From sequence record NC_002166.1: DNA of 40,751 nt. The stretch is one strand, 5' to 3'. Both the position numbers and the translations under genes were made by a program. The notes below the pieces were generated by a model. It was given only the letters and a program-made list of their open reading frames with translations. It was not told where the DNA came from and did no database searches. Origin of the DNA: Escherichia phage HK022. This document shows, piece by piece, positions 1 through 8,477 of the stretch (positions are counted from its first letter, which is position 1; the number at the start of each line of letters is the position of its first letter).

Positions 1-49
1 GTTTGAATTTAACGCTAACCCGATTTTTTTAGTTTTAAGGTGTTGACAT

Positions 50-535
50 ATGGCAGATAAACGAATCCGTTCAGACAGTTCGGCGGCAGCGGTTCAGGCC
101 ATGAAAAATGCAGCTGTGGACACCATCGATCCGCCGTCCCATGCAGGTTTGGAGAAAAAAGCCGAACCATTCTGGCATGACAATATCAGATCGAAAGCTC
201 TGGACAGCTGGACGCCTGCCGACCTTCTAGCCGCCGTAGAACTTGCTAATAATCAGCTCTATATCACCGTTTTACGCAAGGATTTACGCAAAGAAGAGCG
301 CATACGCGGGGAGGAGCGAGACGAAGGCCTTATAAAAGACCTCCGCAAGCAAATTGTTGAGCTACAACGAACTATCCTGGCTCAGCGCCGCGACCTCCAG
401 ATCCACTCCCACGCAACCAACGGCGAAAGTCGCGACCAGAAGAAACGTAATCAGAACGATCGTGATGCACGGAATACCAAAAACGAGCATCAGGACCAGG
501 ACGATAACCTGATCGCCTTTCCCAAGCACGGATAA
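50..535 (+). CDS. terminase small subunit
   Basis: 161-aa ORF directly upstream of the large terminase; charged N-terminal half and acidic C-terminal tail typical of P27-type small terminases; ATG at 50. Confidence 0.75.
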   Translation: MADKRIRSDSSAAAVQAMKNAAVDTIDPPSHAGLEKKAEPFWHDNIRSKALDSWTPADLLAAVELANNQLYITVLRKDLRKEERIRGEERDEGLIKDLRKQIVELQRTILAQRRDLQIHSHATNGESRDQKKRNQNDRDARNTKNEHQDQDDNLIAFPKHG

Positions 536-541
536 AAGACT

Positions 542-2056
542 ATGACGCGAGGTGAGCGTGTAATAGCGTTCATTGAGCGCTTTTGCATCGTGCCAGAAGG
601 CAAGCTTATCGGACAACCTATGCGGTTGGACACCTTTCAGAAAGAATTCATCCTGGCGGTTTACGACAATCCAGCCGGAACGGATATGGCGATCCTCAGC
701 ATCGCCCGAAAAAATGGTAAGACTGGCCTGATTGCCGGAATTCTGCTGGCTCACCTGGTGGGGCCTGAAGCGGTGCAGAACACGCAGATTGTCAGCGGTG
801 CACTCAGCCGGGAACAGGCGGCCATCGTTTTTAACCTCGCGGTGAAGATGGTTAACCTGAACCCCAAGCTGCAGGAGATTGTGCACATTACGCCCAGCGG
901 CAAAAAGCTGATCGGCCTGCCGTGTAACGTCGAATACAAGGCTTTATCCGCAGAAGGTAAGACGACGCACGGCCTTTCCCCCATTCTGGCCATTCTCGAT
1001 GAAACAGGGCAGGTTAGGGGCCCGCAGGATGATTTTATCGATGCAATAACTACGGCGCAGGGGGCTCATGAAAACCCGCTGCTAATCGTTATCAGTACGC
1101 AGGCAGCAAACGATGCTGACCTGCTTAGCATCTGGATTGATGATGCGGTCAAATCGAAAGATCCGCACATCGTGTGCCACGTTTATGAAGCGCCAAAAGA
1201 CGCTGATATCAGTAAACGCGAGTCATGGCTGGCTGCGAACCCGGCACTGGGAACATTCAGGTCAGAAAAAGACATGGCGCGCCAGGCTGAGAAAGCTGGC
1301 CGAATGCCAAGCTTCGAAAACACCTTCCGAAACCTCAACCTCAATCAGCGCGTGTCTACCGTATCGCCGTTTATCTCCCGCAGCGTGTGGGAGCTTTGCG
1401 GAGAGATGCCGATTAACACCCCGAGGAAGTGGTACGCGGGGCTGGATCTGTCAGCCAGGAACGACTTAACGGCGCTGGTTATCGCTGGTGAAGCAGATGA
1501 TGGTGTCTGGGATGTTTTCCCCTTCTTCTGGACACCGCAAAAGACTCTTGAAGAGCGAACCAAAACGGACCGAGCACCCTATGACGTTTGGGTGAGGGAG
1601 GGGCTGCTGCGCACCACGCCAGGAGCTTCGGTGGATTACTCATTCGTCGTTGCGGATATCGCTGAAATTATCGGTGATTTCGACCTTACCTCGATAGCTT
1701 TTGACCGCTGGCGCATTGACCAGTTCAGGAAGGATGCCGATGCCATTGGGCTGAGCCTCCCGCTGGTCGAGTTCGGCCAGGGCTTTAAGGATATGGGGCC
1801 AGCTGTAGACACGCTGGAGTCTCTGATGCTTAACGGGCGCGTGAGGCATGGCATGCACCCTGTATTAACGATGTGTGCTGTGAATGCGGTGGTGGTGAAA
1901 GATGCTGCTGGCAACCGCAAGCTCGATAAATCCAAAGCAACGGGCCGTATTGATGGCATGGTCGCAATGACAATGTCCGTTGGTGCTGCTAATGGGGAAG
2001 TTACCGAACAGGGTGGTGACTTCGACGACTTCATTTTCCGACCGCTGAGCATGTGA
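542..2056 (+). CDS. terminase large subunit
   Basis: 504-aa ORF; P-loop-like motif ARKNGKTG near N-terminus; position between small terminase and portal. Confidence 0.9.
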   Translation: MTRGERVIAFIERFCIVPEGKLIGQPMRLDTFQKEFILAVYDNPAGTDMAILSIARKNGKTGLIAGILLAHLVGPEAVQNTQIVSGALSREQAAIVFNLAVKMVNLNPKLQEIVHITPSGKKLIGLPCNVEYKALSAEGKTTHGLSPILAILDETGQVRGPQDDFIDAITTAQGAHENPLLIVISTQAANDADLLSIWIDDAVKSKDPHIVCHVYEAPKDADISKRESWLAANPALGTFRSEKDMARQAEKAGRMPSFENTFRNLNLNQRVSTVSPFISRSVWELCGEMPINTPRKWYAGLDLSARNDLTALVIAGEADDGVWDVFPFFWTPQKTLEERTKTDRAPYDVWVREGLLRTTPGASVDYSFVVADIAEIIGDFDLTSIAFDRWRIDQFRKDADAIGLSLPLVEFGQGFKDMGPAVDTLESLMLNGRVRHGMHPVLTMCAVNAVVVKDAAGNRKLDKSKATGRIDGMVAMTMSVGAANGEVTEQGGDFDDFIFRPLSM

Positions 2057-3330
2057 TGGAAGAACCTAAATACACGATTGACCTGCGAACCAATAACGGC
2101 TGGTGGGCAAGGCTGCAGTCCTGGTTTGTCGGCGGGCGTTTAGTCACCCCAAATCAGGGCTCACAGACGGGGCCTGTTTCGGCCCACGGACACCTGGGCG
2201 ATTCATCCATTAACGATGAACGGATACTGCAAATTTCGACTGTGTGGCGCTGCGTGAGCCTGATTTCAACGCTCACGGCATGCTTACCGCTTGATGTCTT
2301 CGAAACAGACCAGAATGACAACCGTAAAAAAGTGGATTTGAGCAATCCACTGGCGCGACTGCTGCGCTACTCACCGAATCAGTACATGACCGCCCAAGAA
2401 TTCAGGGAGGCCATGACGATGCAGCTCTGTTTCTACGGTAACGCATATGCACTTGTGGACCGCAACAGCGCAGGTGACGTGATCAGCCTTCTCCCGCTTC
2501 AGTCTGCCAATATGGATGTGAAGCTCGTCGGAAAAAAAGTGGTTTATCGCTATCAACGCGACAGCGAATACGCCGACTTTTCGCAGAAAGAGATTTTTCA
2601 CCTTAAAGGCTTCGGATTCACCGGGCTTGTAGGCCTGTCACCCATTGCTTTTGCCTGTAAATCGGCAGGTGTGGCAGTTGCGATGGAGGACCAGCAGCGA
2701 GATTTCTTTGCCAACGGCGCCAAGTCTCCGCAAATCCTCTCAACTGGCGAAAAAGTGCTAACTGAACAGCAGCGCTCCCAGGTCGAAGAGAATTTCAAAG
2801 AGATCGCCGGCGGCCCGGTAAAAAAACGCCTCTGGATTCTGGAAGCGGGTTTTTCTACATCGGCAATTGGCGTAACTCCGCAGGATGCCGAAATGATGGC
2901 GTCCCGAAAATTTCAGGTAAGTGAACTGGCGCGATTCTTTGGCGTACCGCCTCACCTTGTCGGCGACGTCGAGAAATCAACGAGCTGGGGATCGGGCATC
3001 GAGCAGCAGAATCTCGGCTTCCTGCAGTACACCCTGCAGCCCTATATCTCCAGGTGGGAAAACAGCATTCAGCGGTGGCTTATTCCTGCTAAGGATGTTG
3101 GCCGCATTCATGCTGAGCACAACCTCGACGGCCTGCTGAGGGGCGATTCGGCATCCCGCGCTGCCTTTATGAAGGCAATGGGAGAGGCAGGGCTACGCAC
3201 CATCAACGAGATGCGACGAACGGACAACCTCCCGCCATTGCCGGGTGGCGATGTGGCAATGCGCCAGTCGCAATACGTGCCGATCACCGATTTAGGAACC
3301 AACAAAGAGCCCCGTAATAACGGGGCTTAA
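2056..3330 (+). CDS. portal protein (HK97-type)
   Basis: 424-aa ORF following terminase; ATG at 2056 overlaps the terminase stop (TGATG); a GTG at 2053 is an alternative start. Confidence 0.85.
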   Translation: MEEPKYTIDLRTNNGWWARLQSWFVGGRLVTPNQGSQTGPVSAHGHLGDSSINDERILQISTVWRCVSLISTLTACLPLDVFETDQNDNRKKVDLSNPLARLLRYSPNQYMTAQEFREAMTMQLCFYGNAYALVDRNSAGDVISLLPLQSANMDVKLVGKKVVYRYQRDSEYADFSQKEIFHLKGFGFTGLVGLSPIAFACKSAGVAVAMEDQQRDFFANGAKSPQILSTGEKVLTEQQRSQVEENFKEIAGGPVKKRLWILEAGFSTSAIGVTPQDAEMMASRKFQVSELARFFGVPPHLVGDVEKSTSWGSGIEQQNLGFLQYTLQPYISRWENSIQRWLIPAKDVGRIHAEHNLDGLLRGDSASRAAFMKAMGEAGLRTINEMRRTDNLPPLPGGDVAMRQSQYVPITDLGTNKEPRNNGA

Positions 3331-3335
3331 TTTTT

Positions 3336-4025
3336 ATGGGGGCCGTAATGCCTGAAATCGTAAAAACGCTGTCCTTCGACGAGACAGAAATCAAATTCAC
3401 CGGTGACGGTAAACAGGGGATTTTTGAAGGCTACGCCTCTGTTTTTAATAACACCGATTCCGATGGCGACATCATTCTGCCCGGGGCGTTTAAAAACGCG
3501 CTGGCGAACCAGACCCGAAAAGTGGCGATGTTTTTTAACCACAGGACGTGGGAACTGCCGGTTGGCAAATGGGACAGCCTGGCTGAAGACGAAAAAGGCC
3601 TGTATGTGCGCGGTCAACTTACCCCAGGACACAGCGGCGCCGCTGACCTGAAAGCGGCAATGCAGCACGGTACGGTTGAAGGTATGTCGGTTGGCTTTTC
3701 CGTTTCGAAAGACGATTACACCATCATTCCAACAGGCCGCATTTTTAAGAATATCCAGGCTCTGCGCGAAATCAGCGTCTGCACTTTCCCCGCCAACGAA
3801 CAGGCTGGCATCGCAGCCATGAAAAGTGTCGATGGCATTGAAACGATTCGTGATGTGGAGAACTGGCTGAGGGATTCAGTCGGCCTCACCAAATCACAGG
3901 CAGTTGGGCTAATTGCCCGGTTTAAGTCAGCGATTCGGAGCGAGTCCGAGGGCGACGGAAACGAAGCACAAATAAACGCTCTGCTTCAGAGCATCAAATC
4001 TTTCCCTTCTAACTTAGGTAAATAA
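3336..4025 (+). CDS. prohead maturation protease (HK97 gp4-like)
   Basis: 229-aa ORF between portal and major capsid; start could be ATG 3336 or ATG 3348. Confidence 0.8.
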   Translation: MGAVMPEIVKTLSFDETEIKFTGDGKQGIFEGYASVFNNTDSDGDIILPGAFKNALANQTRKVAMFFNHRTWELPVGKWDSLAEDEKGLYVRGQLTPGHSGAADLKAAMQHGTVEGMSVGFSVSKDDYTIIPTGRIFKNIQALREISVCTFPANEQAGIAAMKSVDGIETIRDVENWLRDSVGLTKSQAVGLIARFKSAIRSESEGDGNEAQINALLQSIKSFPSNLGK

Positions 4026-4027
4026 TT

Positions 4028-5185
4028 ATGTCTGAACTCGCTCTCATTCAAAAAGCTATCGAAGAATCCCAGCAGAAAATGACCCAGCTTTTCGATGCGC
4101 AGAAAGCAGAAATCGAAAGCACAGGCCAGGTTTCCAAACAGTTGCAGTCCGACCTGATGAAAGTACAGGAAGAGCTGACCAAATCCGGCACTCGCCTCTT
4201 CGATCTGGAACAGAAACTGGCATCCGGCGCTGAGAATCCTGGTGAGAAGAAATCCTTCTCTGAACGGGCTGCTGAAGAGCTTATTAAGTCATGGGACGGT
4301 AAACAGGGCACCTTTGGCGCTAAAACGTTTAACAAGTCACTAGGCAGTGACGCTGATTCGGCTGGCTCACTGATCCAGCCTATGCAGATCCCAGGCATCA
4401 TCATGCCAGGCCTGCGCCGTCTTACCATTCGTGATCTGCTGGCTCAGGGCCGCACTTCCAGTAACGCTCTGGAATATGTGCGTGAAGAGGTGTTTACCAA
4501 TAACGCCGACGTGGTGGCAGAGAAAGCACTGAAGCCAGAATCGGATATCACCTTCAGCAAACAAACCGCGAACGTGAAGACCATCGCGCACTGGGTGCAG
4601 GCATCACGTCAGGTGATGGATGATGCGCCAATGCTTCAGTCCTACATTAACAACCGCCTCATGTACGGCCTGGCACTGAAGGAAGAGGGCCAGCTGCTGA
4701 ACGGCGACGGTACCGGGGATAACCTGGAAGGGCTGAACAAAGTGGCAACCGCCTATGACACCTCGTTGAATGCCACCGGCGACACCCGCGCTGACATTAT
4801 CGCTCACGCTATTTATCAGGTGACCGAGTCTGAGTTCAGCGCTTCCGGTATCGTCCTGAACCCGCGCGACTGGCACAACATCGCGTTGCTGAAAGACAAT
4901 GAAGGCCGCTATATCTTCGGTGGTCCTCAGGCATTCACCAGTAACATCATGTGGGGCTTGCCAGTGGTTCCGACTAAGGCGCAGGCCGCCGGCACCTTTA
5001 CCGTAGGCGGTTTCGATATGGCCTCACAGGTCTGGGATCGCATGGATGCCACCGTGGAAGTTAGCCGTGAAGACCGCGATAACTTCGTGAAAAACATGCT
5101 GACCATCCTGTGCGAAGAGCGTCTGGCGCTGGCACATTATCGCCCGACAGCAATCATCAAGGGCACCTTCTCTTCTGGCTCATGA
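4028..5185 (+). CDS. major capsid protein (HK97 fold)
   Basis: 385-aa ORF with long N-terminal coiled-coil-like delta region (residues ~1-100) followed by capsid domain; classic protease-capsid gene pair. Confidence 0.9.
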   Translation: MSELALIQKAIEESQQKMTQLFDAQKAEIESTGQVSKQLQSDLMKVQEELTKSGTRLFDLEQKLASGAENPGEKKSFSERAAEELIKSWDGKQGTFGAKTFNKSLGSDADSAGSLIQPMQIPGIIMPGLRRLTIRDLLAQGRTSSNALEYVREEVFTNNADVVAEKALKPESDITFSKQTANVKTIAHWVQASRQVMDDAPMLQSYINNRLMYGLALKEEGQLLNGDGTGDNLEGLNKVATAYDTSLNATGDTRADIIAHAIYQVTESEFSASGIVLNPRDWHNIALLKDNEGRYIFGGPQAFTSNIMWGLPVVPTKAQAAGTFTVGGFDMASQVWDRMDATVEVSREDRDNFVKNMLTILCEERLALAHYRPTAIIKGTFSSGS

Positions 5186-5192
5186 TGGAGGG

Positions 5193-5214
5193 GGCGGGGA
5201 AACCCGCCATTTTA
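5193..5214 (+). terminator. partial terminator/attenuator after the major capsid gene
   Basis: GGCGGG-gaaa-CCCGCC hairpin followed by ATTTTA. Confidence 0.4.
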
Positions 5215-5218
5215 ACGT

Positions 5219-5545
5219 ATGGCGATAGATGTTCTGGATGTAATTTCCCTCAGTCTGTTTAAGCAGCAGATTGAGTTTGAGGAAGACGACAGGGACGAGC
5301 TGATCACGCTGTACGCCCAGGCCGCTTTTGACTACTGCATGCGCTGGTGCGATGAACCAGCATGGAAGGTTGCGGCTGATATTCCTGCCGCCGTTAAGGG
5401 CGCCGTTCTGCTTGTCTTTGCTGACATGTTTGAACACCGGACGGCACAAAGCGAAGTGCAGCTTTATGAGAATGCAGCCGCCGAACGCATGATGTTCATT
5501 CATCGCAACTGGCGCGGAAAAGCCGAATCAGAGGAGGGCTCCTGA
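5219..5545 (+). CDS. head-tail connector protein (gp6-like)
   Basis: 108-aa ORF directly after capsid gene; position and size fit head-tail connector family. Confidence 0.65.
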   Translation: MAIDVLDVISLSLFKQQIEFEEDDRDELITLYAQAAFDYCMRWCDEPAWKVAADIPAAVKGAVLLVFADMFEHRTAQSEVQLYENAAAERMMFIHRNWRGKAESEEGS

Positions 5546-5781
5546 TGGAACCGGGACGATTCAGGCACCGGGTAAAAATTCTCACCTTCACGACTTCGCG
5601 CGATCCATCTGGTCAGCCGGTTGAATCGTGGACAGGTGGCAACCCGGTCCCGGCTGAGGTAAAGAGGATCAGCGGCAGAGAGCAGCTTTCAGGCGGCGCG
5701 GAAACGGCGCAGGCAACGATTCGCGTCTGGATGCGCGCAACGGAGCGAGTGGATAAAAAAGTGGGCAAAAATAGCTTATGA
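5545..5781 (+). CDS. short head-tail adaptor homolog (possibly a truncated paralog)
   Basis: 78 aa; N-terminal 70 residues align with the 110-aa adaptor at 5977..6309 (shared RHR..P..G....W.....V.AEV...S.RE pattern) but the conserved C-terminal segment is missing; ATG overlaps upstream stop. Confidence 0.5.
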   Translation: MEPGRFRHRVKILTFTTSRDPSGQPVESWTGGNPVPAEVKRISGREQLSGGAETAQATIRVWMRATERVDKKVGKNSL

Positions 5782-5975
5782 ACGAGCAACTGGTAAACGA
5801 ACTGATAGCAGTGATACGGGAACAAATCACAGCGCAGAGTGAGCAGACGGAAGCGATAAGCCGTCTGGCTGAATCAAATATGGCGCTTTGCGATGTCATT
5901 ATCCAGTCGCTGGCTGGTGAACTAGATGAAACTGCAGAGCAACAAACCTATCTGAGCGGTAAACCCAGGGGGTAA
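5778..5975 (+). CDS. hypothetical protein (65 aa, acidic, helical)
   Basis: ATG overlaps the stop of the upstream ORF (ATGA); lies between the two adaptor homologs. Confidence 0.4.
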   Translation: MNEQLVNELIAVIREQITAQSEQTEAISRLAESNMALCDVIIQSLAGELDETAEQQTYLSGKPRG

Positions 5976-5976
5976 C

Positions 5977-6309
5977 ATGCAGGCCGGGAAATTGCGCCAC
6001 AGGATTACTCTGCAGGAGCCAGTAAAAGTGCAGAACCCGACAACGGGAGCCGTAATTAATACCTGGCGAGATGTTGCGACTGTCCGGGCCGAAGTTTCAC
6101 CATTGTCAGCGCGTGAATTTATTGCTGCGCAGGCTTCTCAGGGTGAAATAACCACCCGTATTGTTATTCGCTACCGTGCCGGAGTTACCAGAAAACATCG
6201 CATCTTGTTTCGTGGTGCTGTGTATAACATCCATGGTGTTCTGCCCGATCCAAAAAGCGGACGTGAATACCTGACGCTTCCCTGTTCTGAGGGTGTTAAT
6301 GATGGCTGA
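5977..6309 (+). CDS. head-tail adaptor / head closure protein
   Basis: 110-aa ORF with GGGGGT RBS; full-length member of the head-tail joining family. Confidence 0.7.
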   Translation: MQAGKLRHRITLQEPVKVQNPTTGAVINTWRDVATVRAEVSPLSAREFIAAQASQGEITTRIVIRYRAGVTRKHRILFRGAVYNIHGVLPDPKSGREYLTLPCSEGVNDG

Positions 6310-6841
6310 TAGTGTTGAGGTAAGTCTTACCGGGCTTGAATCACTTCTTGGGAAAATGGAGGCCGTATCAGAAGTCACCCGTAATAAAGCCGGTCGGTTT
6401 GCATTGCGTAAGGCGGCAAACATTATAAGGGATCGGGCCAGAAGCAACGCGTCACGAGTTGATGATCCTCTGACTAAAGAAGCAATCCACAAAAATATCG
6501 TCGCCAGCTTCAGCAGCAAGCAATTCCGCAGGACAGGTGATCTGGCATTCCGTGTCGGGGTAATGGGCGGTGCCAGGCAGTATGCAAATACAAAGGCAAA
6601 CGTCAGAAAAGGCAGAGCGGGTAAAACATACAAAACCTCAGGAGATAAAGGCAATCCAGGAGGAGATACCTGGTACTGGCGTTTTCTTGAGTTTGGTACT
6701 GAGCACACATCAGCGCGGCCTATCCTCCGACCTGCAATGAACGGCGTAGATAATGACGTGATTAATGTTTTTTCTACGGAAATGGGAAAGGCTATTGATC
6801 GCGCTATCAGGCTGGCCATGAAGAAAGGAACCACTGCATGA
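6299..6841 (+). CDS. HK97 gp10-like neck/tail-completion protein
   Basis: 180 aa; ATG at 6299 or 6302 after GAGGGTG; start overlaps upstream stop. Confidence 0.65.
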   Translation: MMADSVEVSLTGLESLLGKMEAVSEVTRNKAGRFALRKAANIIRDRARSNASRVDDPLTKEAIHKNIVASFSSKQFRRTGDLAFRVGVMGGARQYANTKANVRKGRAGKTYKTSGDKGNPGGDTWYWRFLEFGTEHTSARPILRPAMNGVDNDVINVFSTEMGKAIDRAIRLAMKKGTTA

Positions 6842-7203
6842 TTGCCCCTATTTTTTCTGTTTGCGCGTCGAGTCCTGAAGTCACTGACTTACTCGGAAGC
6901 AATCCGGTAAGAATTTATCCTTTCGGAATTCAGGACGACAACGTGGTCTATCCCTATGTGGTCTGGCAGAACATCACCGGTTCTCCAGAGAACTACATTG
7001 CCCAGCGCCCTGACGCAGACTTTTTCACGCTGCAGGTGGATGCATATGCCGACACCGTGGATGAAGTGATTGCCGTGGCTACTGCGCTGCGGGATGCCAT
7101 TGAGCCGCACGCGCATATCACGCGCTGGGGCGGACAGGAAAGAGACCCCGAAACAAAGCGCTATCGCTACTCATTCGATGTTGACTGGATAGTCACTCGA
7201 TAA
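6838..7203 (+). CDS. tail terminator-like protein
   Basis: 121-aa ORF with ATG overlapping upstream stop; last gene before the major tail gene. Confidence 0.55.
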   Translation: MIAPIFSVCASSPEVTDLLGSNPVRIYPFGIQDDNVVYPYVVWQNITGSPENYIAQRPDADFFTLQVDAYADTVDEVIAVATALRDAIEPHAHITRWGGQERDPETKRYRYSFDVDWIVTR

Positions 7204-7216
7204 ACGTATTATTCAA

Positions 7217-7241
7217 CCACCGGCCTTGAGCCGGTTTTTTT
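7217..7241 (+). terminator. rho-independent terminator
   Basis: ACCGGC-cttga-GCCGGT hairpin followed by T7. Confidence 0.6.
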
Positions 7242-7257
7242 ATGACCGGAGATAACA

Positions 7258-7758
7258 ATGTCTGTATTGACGCAAGGTACGCAGCTCTTTGTGCTCGTAA
7301 AAGGCAAGGTGAGCGAAGTTGAATGTATCACTGCATTTTCACCCGGCAGCAATCCGGCTGACCAGATTGAAGACACCTGTCTTTCTGAACGCTTTGATCG
7401 CAGCTATAAGCGTGGTCTTCGAACGCCTGGCACAGCATCACTGACGCTTAACGCTGATCCTAAAAATACCAGCCACATCATGCTCTACAACCTGTCCATT
7501 TCGGACGACGAAGAGGATCAGGACCTGACCTTCGCGATTGGATGGTCAGACGGAACCGCATCGCCAACTGCGGCTGAAAATGGTGCATCCGGTGCAGTCG
7601 ATGGCCTGGTGCTACCTGATAGCCGCACATGGTTCGTATTCAAAGGCTATGTGTCCGACTTCCCGTTTGATTTTTCAGCAAACACGGTTGTTTCTACTTC
7701 TGCATCTATCCAGCGCTCCGGCTCTGCTGTATGGGTGCCAAAAGTCGTGACCCCATAA
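7258..7758 (+). CDS. major tail (tube) protein
   Basis: 166-aa ORF with GGAG RBS, positioned before the chaperone/tape-measure genes. Confidence 0.75.
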   Translation: MSVLTQGTQLFVLVKGKVSEVECITAFSPGSNPADQIEDTCLSERFDRSYKRGLRTPGTASLTLNADPKNTSHIMLYNLSISDDEEDQDLTFAIGWSDGTASPTAAENGASGAVDGLVLPDSRTWFVFKGYVSDFPFDFSANTVVSTSASIQRSGSAVWVPKVVTP

Positions 7759-7762
7759 AATC

Positions 7763-7785
7763 AGGGCGGCAACGCCCTTATTAAT
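7763..7785 (+). terminator. partial terminator after major tail gene
   Basis: AGGGCG-gcaa-CGCCCT hairpin followed by TATTAAT. Confidence 0.4.
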
Positions 7786-7796
7786 CAGGATTAATA

Positions 7797-8282
7797 ATGA
7801 AATTAACACTTGATGCACTCAAGGAGTCCGGCGCGTTTACCGGTCGCCCGGTTGAGAAAGAAATCACCTGGACGCAAGGCGATAAAAAAATCACCGCGAC
7901 CGTGTATGTTCGCCCGATGGGTTATCACACAGCAACGTCCGATGTGCTGGCTTTTGGTGGTAAGGTCGATGGTGTGGCAGGGCGTATCGCCGCATCCATC
8001 TGCGATGAACATGGTAAACCCATCTTCACCCCGGCTGACATTACTGGTGAGGCAGATCCTGAACGTGGTGCACTGGATGGCGGCCTGACGGTAGCACTGC
8101 TTCTGGCCATTCAGGAAGTTAACGATCTGGGAAAGACTTCGAGCTCAGCGCCGAAGACGAATTCTGGTGCGAGCTCGTCCTCAACGGAATCGGAGGCAGA
8201 ACAATCGCCGAAGCGCGGGAAGTCCTCTCATTCAAAGAGTCCCAACTCTGGGCAAAGTACCGGGAACGATACGGGAGTCTGA
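7797..8282 (+). CDS. tail assembly chaperone (lambda gpG analog)
   Basis: 161-aa ORF directly upstream of tape measure; contains slippery heptamer near its 3' part. Confidence 0.8.
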   Translation: MKLTLDALKESGAFTGRPVEKEITWTQGDKKITATVYVRPMGYHTATSDVLAFGGKVDGVAGRIAASICDEHGKPIFTPADITGEADPERGALDGGLTVALLLAIQEVNDLGKTSSSAPKTNSGASSSSTESEAEQSPKRGKSSHSKSPNSGQSTGNDTGV

Positions 8283-8458
8283 ACCCTATGTTGCGGGTTG
8301 AGTGGGGTGCCGGGCTGGTGAGCAGCATGATAGCCAACGTTAACAGAGACCCCAAGCGCCCACCATTCAACCCGACCGATTTCACACTTCACTTTACCAA
8401 AGTCAAAGCTGCTGATGGACCAATCTCGTTAGAGGAAGCCAGAGCCAGCTGGACATAA
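7797..8458 (+). CDS. tail assembly chaperone, frameshift-extended product (lambda gpGT analog)
   Basis: -1 frame is open from 8135 to stop TAA at 8456-8458 (107 codons, no internal Met-initiated ORF of 60 aa or more), giving a fusion of about 220 aa. Confidence 0.7.
8129..8135 (+). promoter_or_regulatory. programmed -1 ribosomal frameshift slippery heptamer G_GGA_AAG
   Basis: GGGAAAG in the 0 frame as G GGA AAG (codons 112-113 of the chaperone), the same heptamer used by lambda G/GT. Confidence 0.75.
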
Positions 8459-8477
8459 TGCCGCCAACGGAGAGTTT

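Noticed and set aside
362-886. 174-aa minus-strand ORF overlapping the terminase genes
   Set aside because: Antisense shadow ORF inside well-supported structural genes; no RBS or independent support. The same applies to 751..993, 1345..1563, 1636..2052, 4048..4428, 4367..4591, 4604..4876 and 6106..6834.
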